A stretch of DNA of 55,099 bases, taken from positions 1-55,099 of the IMG/VR virus record IMGVR_UViG_3300025543_000032. One strand, 5' to 3'. The notes under the pieces were generated by a model, which worked only from the letters and a program-made list of their open reading frames with translations, ran no database searches and was not told the DNA's origin. The stretch comes from a virus. Lineage: Duplodnaviria; Caudoviricetes. This document shows, piece after piece, positions 27,344 through 36,031 of this stretch. The stretch's first letter is position 1. The number at the start of each line of letters is the position of its first letter. The position numbers and the translations under genes are program-made.

Positions 27344-30307
27344 ATGAAAGTAGAAAAGGCATTTGTTCTATATGCAAACTCTGAATATCTAAGTATTGTA
27401 ACAATGGCAGTGAAAAGTATTAACTCTGTTAGTGATATTCCTGTTATTGTATATATGATGAACTGTCATTCTCAGGTTCCTGGAGCAACTACAATAACTT
27501 TAGAGGTTGATAACATAGATGTTAAGAAAAGTGATTACATAGATAGAAGTGATTCAAACATTTATAGACTTTTAATACAAAGACCTCAGATTATAGAACA
27601 TGCTTTAGAGAACTATGCAGAAGTTGTGGCTTATATAGATTCTGACACTATAGTTACTAAACATATAAACAACATATTTGAACATTACCCTAAAGATTGC
27701 ACCCATCCATATTTTGTACAGGGTGTATATGATTACTTATTTATAGATGGTAGAGGTGGTGTAGAGACTAGAGACGAATTACATCTTAGCTTAGAACATG
27801 CTGCATGTGAATTGTTTGGTGTAGATCAATCAGTTAGAGATAAGTATAGACAAACAGGATACTTTGTTGCTGGTCAAGAGTCTCGTGACTGGATTAATGA
27901 GTGGTCATGGATGTGCAATCACCCAAAAGTTTTAAAAAACCCACAACTATATGCACCGTATCACGAAGAAACAATAGCAAATGTATTGTTATGGAAGTAT
28001 AATATACATGAGGGTTTACCGTTAATGTACATAAACTATAGACAAGATACTAATTTAGATGAACTTGAGTTTACAGGTTATATAAATCATGTTTCAGAAT
28101 GGGTAGCATTGCCTGCTTACAGAAATCAACTAATGGCCTTACATGGAGAAAAAGATATTAAAAAAATGGATAACCTTATAAATAAAATTCATAAGAAGAT
28201 ATTGTTTTTAGCGCCACATCTATCTACAGGAGGTATGCCTCAGTTCTTATTGAAAAGAATTCAGGCTCTTACTGATTTTACAGTGTATGTAGTTGAGTGG
28301 GCTAATTATAGCAATGAGTACACTGTACAAAAAGATCAAATAAAAAAGCTTACTAATAAGTTTTATACACTAGGTGAAGATAAAACAAAGCTTATAAACA
28401 TTATTAAAGATAATGATATAGATATTGTACACATAGATGAGATGGCTGAACATCTAGGTGATGATGCAGATAAAGTTTTACCATTGCTCTATAGTGAAGA
28501 TAGAACTTGGAAGATAGTTGAAACATGTCATAATATATCTTTCAACTATGACAATCAAAAAATATACCATCCTGAAGCCTATGCTTTTTGTAGCCCTCAT
28601 CATCTAGATACTTTCTCAAATACTAACTCTATAGTAGAAGTTATTGAATACCCTATAGAAGAAAAGATATTTGATTGGCAATCTAAACTAAATGCTAAGT
28701 ATGACTTAGGGTTAGATGTAGACAAAAAACATGTAGTGAATGTAGGACTCTGGACAAAAGGTAAGAACCAAGGTGAAGGTGTAGCTCTTGCAAAGAAGTT
28801 TCCTCATGTACAATTTCACTTTGTAGGAAATCAAGCTGGTAACTTTAAAGAATATTGGCAACCTATTATGGAAGACATTCCAGAAAATGTAAAAGTGTGG
28901 GGAGAGCGTACAGATATAGACAAGTTCTTGCTAGCTGCAGATGTATTTATGTTTAATAGTGTGTGGGAATGTAACCCTTTAGTGTTACGAGAAGCTATAG
29001 CATATAAGCTACCTATACTTGCAAGAAACCTACCTCAGTATAAAGACATGTTTACACAGTATATAACAGATCTAAATCCACTAAAGATGAAGAATCAGTT
29101 ATCACAGTTACTAAAAAACACATCACCGTACAATCCTCCTACAGACAACACACTAGTTGATTTTAAAAAAAGCCACACAGATCTTTATACATCCGTGCTA
29201 AACTCAAACTATACAAACTATAAGGTGCACCAAAGCTTTATAGATAGTCCTTTCTTAGAAATCAAAGGATCTAGTAAAGAAAAGTTTACAGTGATAATGG
29301 AAGATGAAAAGGGCCCAGTGTATAGCTCACAAATTGATGCAAACTGCTGGATAAAACTAAACAGAGAGTACTATAGCAAGTGGAAAACTACAGTTAAAAT
29401 AGGAGAAGAAGTAGTTCATACACATGAATTAAACCTTGAAGGTGAAAGAGTGTACATAGCATTTGAAAGCAGCTCATTAGGAGACTCTATAGCATGGATA
29501 CCTTACGTATTAGAGTTTCAGAAGAAGCACAATTGTAAGGTGATTGTAAGTACGTTTAAGAACTTCTTATTTGAGGATGTGTATCCTGAACTTGAGTTTG
29601 TAAAGCCTGGTGCAGATGTGCCTAACATATATGCAATGTATAACATTGGCTGGTTTTACGATGAAAACAAAGAGCCAGAATTACCAAATACAATTCCGTT
29701 ACAAAAAGCCGCTTCCAACATTTTAGGATTAGAACACAGAGAGATAGTACCTAGAGTTAAAAGTGATTGGGGAAATATATGTGGTATGAAAGATAACTAC
29801 AGTGTTCCAGGTAAGTATGTAACTATAGCTACTAACTCTACAGCTGGTTGTAAGTTCTGGACTAGAGAGGGTTGGCAAGATGTTATAAACTATTTACATG
29901 AAAAAGGCTATAAAGTTATTAATACCTCTATAGAAAACAATCCTTTTGATAATTGTGAAAAGATAGTAGATACATCTTTGGAATATACTATCGATTGTAT
30001 AAGACAGAGTAAATTCTTTATAGGACTATCTAGTGGACTTAGTTGGTTAGCTTGGGCTATAGGTACACCTGTTGTAATGATATCAAACTTTACAGAAGCT
30101 GATCATGAGTTTAGTTGCTACAGAGTTACTGATGAATCTTTATGCCATGGGTGTTGGAATAATCCAAATCATAAGTTTGACAAGGGAGATTGGGACTGGT
30201 GCCCTGAACATAAAAATACCCCTAGACATTTTGAATGTCATAGAGGTATAAGTTCTGATAAGGTGATTAGTAAAATTCTAACACTCTTATTAATTTCTAA
30301 GAAGTAA
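27344..30307 (+). CDS. three-domain glycosyltransferase: GT-A + GT4-like GT-B + Aah/TibC-type O-heptosyltransferase
   Basis: YIDSDTIV and HEETIAN (GT-A); PHLSTGGMPQ, KNQ, DVFMFNSVWECNPLVLREA (GT4); SSLGDSIAW, FFIGLSSGLSWLAWAIGTPVVMISNFT, CHGCWN..WCP..FECH (BAHT four-Cys motif). Confidence 0.85.
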   Translation: MKVEKAFVLYANSEYLSIVTMAVKSINSVSDIPVIVYMMNCHSQVPGATTITLEVDNIDVKKSDYIDRSDSNIYRLLIQRPQIIEHALENYAEVVAYIDSDTIVTKHINNIFEHYPKDCTHPYFVQGVYDYLFIDGRGGVETRDELHLSLEHAACELFGVDQSVRDKYRQTGYFVAGQESRDWINEWSWMCNHPKVLKNPQLYAPYHEETIANVLLWKYNIHEGLPLMYINYRQDTNLDELEFTGYINHVSEWVALPAYRNQLMALHGEKDIKKMDNLINKIHKKILFLAPHLSTGGMPQFLLKRIQALTDFTVYVVEWANYSNEYTVQKDQIKKLTNKFYTLGEDKTKLINIIKDNDIDIVHIDEMAEHLGDDADKVLPLLYSEDRTWKIVETCHNISFNYDNQKIYHPEAYAFCSPHHLDTFSNTNSIVEVIEYPIEEKIFDWQSKLNAKYDLGLDVDKKHVVNVGLWTKGKNQGEGVALAKKFPHVQFHFVGNQAGNFKEYWQPIMEDIPENVKVWGERTDIDKFLLAADVFMFNSVWECNPLVLREAIAYKLPILARNLPQYKDMFTQYITDLNPLKMKNQLSQLLKNTSPYNPPTDNTLVDFKKSHTDLYTSVLNSNYTNYKVHQSFIDSPFLEIKGSSKEKFTVIMEDEKGPVYSSQIDANCWIKLNREYYSKWKTTVKIGEEVVHTHELNLEGERVYIAFESSSLGDSIAWIPYVLEFQKKHNCKVIVSTFKNFLFEDVYPELEFVKPGADVPNIYAMYNIGWFYDENKEPELPNTIPLQKAASNILGLEHREIVPRVKSDWGNICGMKDNYSVPGKYVTIATNSTAGCKFWTREGWQDVINYLHEKGYKVINTSIENNPFDNCEKIVDTSLEYTIDCIRQSKFFIGLSSGLSWLAWAIGTPVVMISNFTEADHEFSCYRVTDESLCHGCWNNPNHKFDKGDWDWCPEHKNTPRHFECHRGISSDKVISKILTLLLISKK

Positions 30308-30309
30308 TA

Positions 30310-30738
30310 TCATCCTAAGCTTGCTACTGTTAATACTGTATACGTAATTTCTCTACCATCTGGTATTGATGTATAATCCAGTGTTATAGTGTCACCTACT
30401 GCATACCCTGAGCCTGCTGCTGTTATAGAAGAAACAGATGTAGCTGCTCCAGTATTACCGTCTAAAACTACATTAAAAGTAGCTCCTGAACCAGAACCGC
30501 TAGTGCTTCTTTGAACAGTGGCATAAGTTCCTCCAGAAAATTTTATGAATCCTCCAGTACTTATTGTAACTGATGCAACACCTGAAGCTGCTGTAGTAGT
30601 AGTTGTGGTTGTAGGATCAGGAAAAACTTGAAGATCTTCTACATAAGCCTCAGTTATAGTTACAGACTTGTTACCAATTCTTGTACCAAGACCTACAACT
30701 GGATCAGTACTTGCACTATTTTTTATTCGTATAGGCAT
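30310..30738 (-). CDS. putative virion fibre/decoration protein with poly-Thr linker
   Basis: PDPTTTTTTTAAS linker; GSGSGATFNV..GSGYAVGDTIT beta repeat typical of phage fibres. Confidence 0.65.
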   Translation of the reverse strand: MPIRIKNSASTDPVVGLGTRIGNKSVTITEAYVEDLQVFPDPTTTTTTTAASGVASVTISTGGFIKFSGGTYATVQRSTSGSGSGATFNVVLDGNTGAATSVSSITAAGSGYAVGDTITLDYTSIPDGREITYTVLTVASLG

Positions 30739-30739
30739 A

Positions 30740-33700
30740 TTATGTAATTAAATAAACTGTTCCTGCTACTAATGTTCCATTTCCAGATGCTGTGTTATAA
30801 TCTGCCTGTTCTATTTGCACAATATTACTAACTGTAGAAGAACCTGAAGGTTCTCCTGTTGTTGTTGATGTTACTCCAGGAAAAGTTATCCATCTAACTG
30901 CTGACCCAGTTGACTTAAGTATATAATTATTACTACCTGGAGAACCAGTTTCATCAGCAAGACCAGCATTTAGTTCAATATCATCTTCGCACTTAAGTGG
31001 AGCTCTAGCTATAATATCACCTCCTCCTTCTACCTCAAATTCTGAGTTAGCACCACCACTACCACCTGCCAGAAAGCCACCATTTACTTCTAACTTAGCA
31101 CTAGGAGTTGTAATTCCTACCCCTACATTATTTGAAGCATCTTGGTATATAACAGATTCATCTATACCATTTCCAGCATTATTAAATTTAGTTATATACT
31201 TAGCTGTTCCTGATAAACTTACAGAGTTTCCACTAGTTCCAGATGTCCCAGACGTTCCACCTGCACCAGTTACACCAGATGTACCTGCTGTACCACTAGT
31301 ACCAGCTGTACCAGCTGTACCACTACTACCTGAGGTTCCGCTAGTACCTGATGTTCCAGAAGTACCACTATTACCAGATGTACCATTTGCTCCACTGGTA
31401 CCTGATGTTCCACTATCTCCTGATGTTCCACTTGTTCCTGAGTTTCCACTTGTTCCAGAAGTACCACTTGTACCATTATTACCACTTGCCCCAGAGGTTC
31501 CACTAGTACCTGATGTACCTGTATTACCGCTAGTTCCTGAAGTGCCACTATTTCCACTTGTTCCATTAACACCACTTGTCCCATTAACACCACTAGTTCC
31601 TGAATTACCTGATGTTCCAGACGTACCAGATGTACCACTGTTACCACTAGTACCATCATTACCAGAGGTTCCTGAAGTACCAGAGTTTCCACTAGTGCCA
31701 CTAGTTCCTGAAGTACCATTGTTTCCATTCACTCCACTTGTGCCAGAGGTTCCACTAGATCCATCTCCTCCAGTAGCTCCATCAAGGTTTATTTCCCATG
31801 ATGTATAAGTACCTGAACCAACTGTTCGAGTGGGGCTTCCAAATTGTAATGCTCCTGTTCCAGAGTTATATGATATTATTTCACACTCTTGGTATCTAGT
31901 TGCATTGTTAGCTATAATTATAGATTGGGCTGTTGTATAAGCAAGTCCTGTATCAACAGTAATTGTTCCACTATTACCTAATGTAAATGATGTACTTGAT
32001 GTAGTGGCATATTCATCACCTGTATTACCACTTGTTCCTGAAGTACCGCTAGTACCAGTATTTCCAGAGGTACCTGACGTACCACTGTTACCACTAGTGC
32101 CTGAGGTTCCACTTGTACCATTTTGTCCACTAGTTCCACTAGTTCCTGAGGTTCCAGTATTTCCAGAAGTTCCACTTTCACCTGATGTGCCGCTAGTACC
32201 ATCTACTCCACTTGTACCATTTACTCCAGAAGTACCATTTATACCACTAGTACCATCTTCTCCACTGGTGCCTGATGTTCCTGAGGTTCCAGTATTTCCA
32301 CTTGTACCATCTTCCCCACTAGTACCTGAAGTACCACTATTCCCAGACGTACCACTTGTTCCACTACTTCCATCAGCACCACTAGTACCTGTTGTACCAC
32401 TAGTTCCTGAACTACCTGAGTCTCCACTAGTTCCAGAGGTTCCTGTTGTACCAGATGTTCCTGACGAACCACTAGTTCCTGTAGTTCCTGAAGAGCCTGA
32501 TGAACCACTTGTACCAGAAGTTCCATCATTACCATTATTTCCAGAACTACCACTAGTACCACTAGTACCACTAGTACCATTTTGTCCGTTTTCTCCAGAT
32601 GTACCACTTGTGCCACTTGTACCATTGTTTCCAGAAGTACCATTTGCTCCAGAAGTTCCACTCGTTCCAGCTGTTCCAGATGTACCTGTTGTTCCAGAAG
32701 TACCATCTAATGCACTTGATCCACTAGTTCCACTAGTTCCACTTGTGCCTGATATACCAGTAGTACCTGATGTACCACTACTACCGTCTCCACCAGTTGC
32801 ACCATCTAAGTTTACCTCCCAAGCTGTATATGTTCCACTACCTACGGTTCTAGTTGGTGAGCCAAAACATAACTCACCTGTTCCACTATTATAGGAAACA
32901 ACTTCACATTCTTGATAATTACTACTGTCATATGCTATTATAATAGATTGAGCTGTAGTGTATGCTAGTAAAGTATCAACATCTAAACATCCACTATTAC
33001 CTAATGTGAATGAGTCTGTTGATGTTGTTGCATATTTATCTCCTTGATCACCTGAACTACCAGATGTTCCACTTGTTCCAGAAGATCCTGAAATACCACT
33101 AGTTCCAGAGGTACCACTAAAACCAGATGACCCACTTTCTCCTGACGTACCACTAGTACCGCTTGTACCTGTAGTTCCAGCTGTTCCACTAGTGCCAGAT
33201 GTACCATCTTCCCCTGATGTACCTGAGTTTCCAGAGGTTCCACTAGTTCCAGAAGTTCCATCTGCTCCTGAGGATCCACTTGTACCAGTTGTACCAGCAG
33301 TACCACTTGTTCCAGCAGTACCACTCGTTGCAGATGTTCCACTTGTTCCGCTTGTTGCAGATGTTCCAGATGTTCCACTTGTACCTGTTGTACCTGCTGT
33401 TCCACTTGTTGCACTTGTACCAGAGGTACCAGTTGTACCACTAGTTCCAGTGGTTCCTGAAGTACCATCCAAGCCTGCAGTACCAGAAGTACCTGAGGTT
33501 CCTGATGATCCATCACCACCTGTGGCTCCATCTAAGTTAACTTCCCATGTAGAGTATGTACCTGATCCTACAGTTCTTGTAGGTGCTGCAAAACAAAGTT
33601 CTCCAGTTGCACTATTGTATGTTACAACTTCGCACTCTTGATAGTTACTTGCATCATGTGCTACTATTATTGATTGTGCAGTGGTGTATGCCAATCCTGT

Positions 33701-35539
33701 ATCTACATCAATACATCCTGAATTACCTAATGTAAAAGAATCTGTTGAGGATGTTGCATAAAAATCTCCATCATTTCCACTAGTTCCAGAAGTGCCAGAA
33801 GTACCTGTAGTACCTGAGGTTCCGTCTGTTCCTGTAGTACCTGAAGTACCACTAGTACCACTAGTGCCACTGGTACCTGTTGTTCCAGATGTTGCAGATG
33901 TACCAGATGTACCTGATGTACCTGAAGTTGCAGAGGTTCCAGAAGTACCACTAGTTGCAGAAGTACCAGAAGTACCAGAGCTACCAGCTGTTCCTGCTGT
34001 ACCAGATGTAGATCCTACAGATACACCAACTTGTTTTGTTACAACAATAATAGAAGGTGCAGCTGGTGCAGTGAATGGACTGTTTTTAGAAGTTTCAGCT
34101 ATTATTTCTACATACTGAGATGTAGATGCTAGTACAATTTCTAAATAATCACCTGCATCTAATTCTAATATTATAGATACAAAAGGTAATGACTTTCCGT
34201 TATTTGAATTTAACTCTAGAATGGAATCTGTACGTATTATATCTGTACCATTCTTTCTTAAAAATATATCTACTTCAGCAGCACTACCACCTTGAGTCTT
34301 TTGCATTTGTAGAGAGTAACCTATCTCATAAGTTCCAGCATAAGGATATCTAATCTGTTGATTAAAATCTAATGCTATACCATTTGCTACTTCTATTGTA
34401 TTATATGTAATAGCTGTTGGTACATTTGCTGCAGTTACAGTTTGTGTTGTACTATCAGAAAAACTAGCATACCAATTAGCAATTGCTGCTCCTGACGATC
34501 CATTTATACCACTAGTTCCTGCTGTACCTGCTGTCCCAGAAGTCCCTGTTGTACCTGATGTACCACTACTTCCGCTTGTTCCTGTTGTTCCACTGCTTCC
34601 TGATGTGCCAGCTGTTCCTGATGTACCAGTTGTACCTGACGTACCAGCTGTACCACTTGTCCCAGTTGTACCACTTGATCCAGATGTACCACTCGAACCA
34701 CTAGTTCCAGTTGTACCACTTGTACCAGTAGTCCCACTTGTACCACTTGACCCACTAGTTCCTGTACTACCAGATGTTCCTGTTGTTCCACTAGATCCGC
34801 TTGATCCAGAAGAACCATCGCCACCAGTAGCACCATCTAGATTTATTTCCCAACTAGAATAAGTACCACTACCTACAGTACGTGTAGGACTTCCAAAAGC
34901 TAAAGCACCTGTTATTGAATTATAGGATATTACCTCACACTCCTGGTAATTACTAGCATCAAATGCTATAATAATTGATTGAGCCACTGTATAAGCTAAT
35001 CCAACATCAACAGTTAATGTACCTGAGTTTCCTAAAGTGAAAGAATCTGTAGAAGATGTAGCATATTTATCACCATCCTCACCAGATGTACCAGTTGTAC
35101 CTGAAGTTCCACTTGTTCCACTTGATCCAGAACTACCTGATGTACCAGTTGTACCACTTGTTCCTGTTGTTCCTGATGAACCACTAGATCCACTACTGCC
35201 AGATGTACCAGTTGTCCCACTAGTACCTGTTGTCCCACTAGAACCACTAGTTCCACTTGTACCAGAAGAGCCACTAGTTCCTGTTGTACCAGAAGTTCCT
35301 GCTGTGCCAGACGTACCTGTAGTTCCAGACGTACCTGTAGTTCCAGATGTGCCTGATGTTCCACTTGAACCATCAACACCTGCACCTGTACTTAAAGCTT
35401 TATTAATTTCTATTAATATCTGCTCAACTGTTTGATTGGTGGTAGCATTAATGTATATCAAGTTAGGGCCTTCATAGAAGACACATGCACTACTAAGTCT
35501 GATTGGACAAGGATCTGCCGCACAAATTAACTTACTCAT
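30740..35539 (-). CDS. 1599-aa collagen-like (Gly-Thr-Ser)n fibre protein with four 87-aa modules and a C1q/BclA-like domain
   Basis: Long Gly-X-Y runs; repeated module GDxYATxSTxSFTLGNSG...WExNLDGATGGDG; C-terminal NVGVGITTPSAKLEVNG fibre motif. Confidence 0.8.
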   Translation of the reverse strand: MSKLICAADPCPIRLSSACVFYEGPNLIYINATTNQTVEQILIEINKALSTGAGVDGSSGTSGTSGTTGTSGTTGTSGTAGTSGTTGTSGSSGTSGTSGSSGTTGTSGTTGTSGSSGSSGSSGTTGTSGTTGTSGSSGSSGTSGTSGTTGTSGEDGDKYATSSTDSFTLGNSGTLTVDVGLAYTVAQSIIIAFDASNYQECEVISYNSITGALAFGSPTRTVGSGTYSSWEINLDGATGGDGSSGSSGSSGTTGTSGSTGTSGSSGTSGTTGTSGTTGTSGSSGTSGSSGTTGTSGTAGTSGTTGTSGTAGTSGSSGTTGTSGSSGTSGTTGTSGTAGTAGTSGINGSSGAAIANWYASFSDSTTQTVTAANVPTAITYNTIEVANGIALDFNQQIRYPYAGTYEIGYSLQMQKTQGGSAAEVDIFLRKNGTDIIRTDSILELNSNNGKSLPFVSIILELDAGDYLEIVLASTSQYVEIIAETSKNSPFTAPAAPSIIVVTKQVGVSVGSTSGTAGTAGSSGTSGTSATSGTSGTSATSGTSGTSGTSATSGTTGTSGTSGTSGTSGTTGTDGTSGTTGTSGTSGTSGNDGDFYATSSTDSFTLGNSGCIDVDTGLAYTTAQSIIVAHDASNYQECEVVTYNSATGELCFAAPTRTVGSGTYSTWEVNLDGATGGDGSSGTSGTSGTAGLDGTSGTTGTSGTTGTSGTSATSGTAGTTGTSGTSGTSATSGTSGTSATSGTAGTSGTAGTTGTSGSSGADGTSGTSGTSGNSGTSGEDGTSGTSGTAGTTGTSGTSGTSGESGSSGFSGTSGTSGISGSSGTSGTSGSSGDQGDKYATTSTDSFTLGNSGCLDVDTLLAYTTAQSIIIAYDSSNYQECEVVSYNSGTGELCFGSPTRTVGSGTYTAWEVNLDGATGGDGSSGTSGTTGISGTSGTSGTSGSSALDGTSGTTGTSGTAGTSGTSGANGTSGNNGTSGTSGTSGENGQNGTSGTSGTSGSSGNNGNDGTSGTSGSSGSSGTTGTSGSSGTSGTTGTSGTSGDSGSSGTSGTTGTSGADGSSGTSGTSGNSGTSGTSGEDGTSGNTGTSGTSGTSGEDGTSGINGTSGVNGTSGVDGTSGTSGESGTSGNTGTSGTSGTSGQNGTSGTSGTSGNSGTSGTSGNTGTSGTSGTSGNTGDEYATTSSTSFTLGNSGTITVDTGLAYTTAQSIIIANNATRYQECEIISYNSGTGALQFGSPTRTVGSGTYTSWEINLDGATGGDGSSGTSGTSGVNGNNGTSGTSGTSGNSGTSGTSGNDGTSGNSGTSGTSGTSGNSGTSGVNGTSGVNGTSGNSGTSGTSGNTGTSGTSGTSGASGNNGTSGTSGTSGNSGTSGTSGDSGTSGTSGANGTSGNSGTSGTSGTSGTSGSSGTAGTAGTSGTAGTSGVTGAGGTSGTSGTSGNSVSLSGTAKYITKFNNAGNGIDESVIYQDASNNVGVGITTPSAKLEVNGGFLAGGSGGANSEFEVEGGGDIIARAPLKCEDDIELNAGLADETGSPGSNNYILKSTGSAVRWITFPGVTSTTTGEPSGSSTVSNIVQIEQADYNTASGNGTLVAGTVYLIT
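31760..35074 (-). repeat. four dispersed copies of a ~261-nt module within the GTS fibre
   Basis: Copies at about 34814-35074, 33509-33769, 32783-33043 and 31760-32020, separated by GTS triplet arrays. Confidence 0.85.
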
Positions 35540-35552
35540 CTGGAAATTGTTT

Positions 35553-35960
35553 TTAGTGTACTATTTTCAGGAAGTCTCCTGTTCTATATAATGATCCTAT
35601 TTCTGCTCCAGCAAATATTGCAGCAGCATTGTTAGAATACTCAGGAACTCCTGCATTAGGAGCTGTAATAATTCTTTCCCATTCAGTATCTCTGTCAGCA
35701 GCTTTTGCATAATAAAGAAAGCTAGTTGCAGTATTAACAAAAAGTTTTCCTATATGTGTTGCTACATATTGTGGAACTGGAGTATATACAGGAACAGTTG
35801 TTCCTGTAAGAGGAATTAAATTATTATTTATACTCTCTAATACTACATCCAAGGAGTCTCCTGGATTAGCTGCAATATTAGAAAGATAGGCACCATTGTA
35901 CAAGATACAACTAGCATCTTGATATGTAGCGCAGGTGGGACAAATTTCAGCGATTCTCAT
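35553..35960 (-). CDS. putative structural protein with Cys-rich N-terminus
   Basis: ICPTC..ASCILYNGAYL resembles the N-terminus of the GTS fibre; C-terminal YSNNAAAI..GSLYRTG. Confidence 0.65.
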   Translation of the reverse strand: MRIAEICPTCATYQDASCILYNGAYLSNIAANPGDSLDVVLESINNNLIPLTGTTVPVYTPVPQYVATHIGKLFVNTATSFLYYAKAADRDTEWERIITAPNAGVPEYSNNAAAIFAGAEIGSLYRTGDFLKIVH

Positions 35961-36017
35961 AATTTACGAATTTATGTTTTATTTATGTATTTTAAAAATG
36001 TTATTAAAAATATGCTA

Positions 36018-36029
36018 CTATAATATAGC
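36018..36029 (-). promoter_or_regulatory. candidate phage-specific promoter/operator GCTATATTATAG
   Basis: Identical 12-mer at 27284-27295; both copies lie in gaps upstream of minus-strand gene blocks. Confidence 0.45.
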
Positions 36030-36031
36030 GT

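Noticed and set aside
31270-35435. Many ORFs with VPLVPEVP or VVQLVHQV repeats
   Set aside because: They are antisense and frame-shifted shadows of the GTS triplet repeat in the 1599-aa gene.
30740-35539. Possible CRISPR array or DGR template/variable repeats
   Set aside because: The repeats are in-frame coding triplets and protein modules varying at synonymous sites. There is no constant repeat with unique spacers, no evident adenine-specific variation and no reverse transcriptase in the window.
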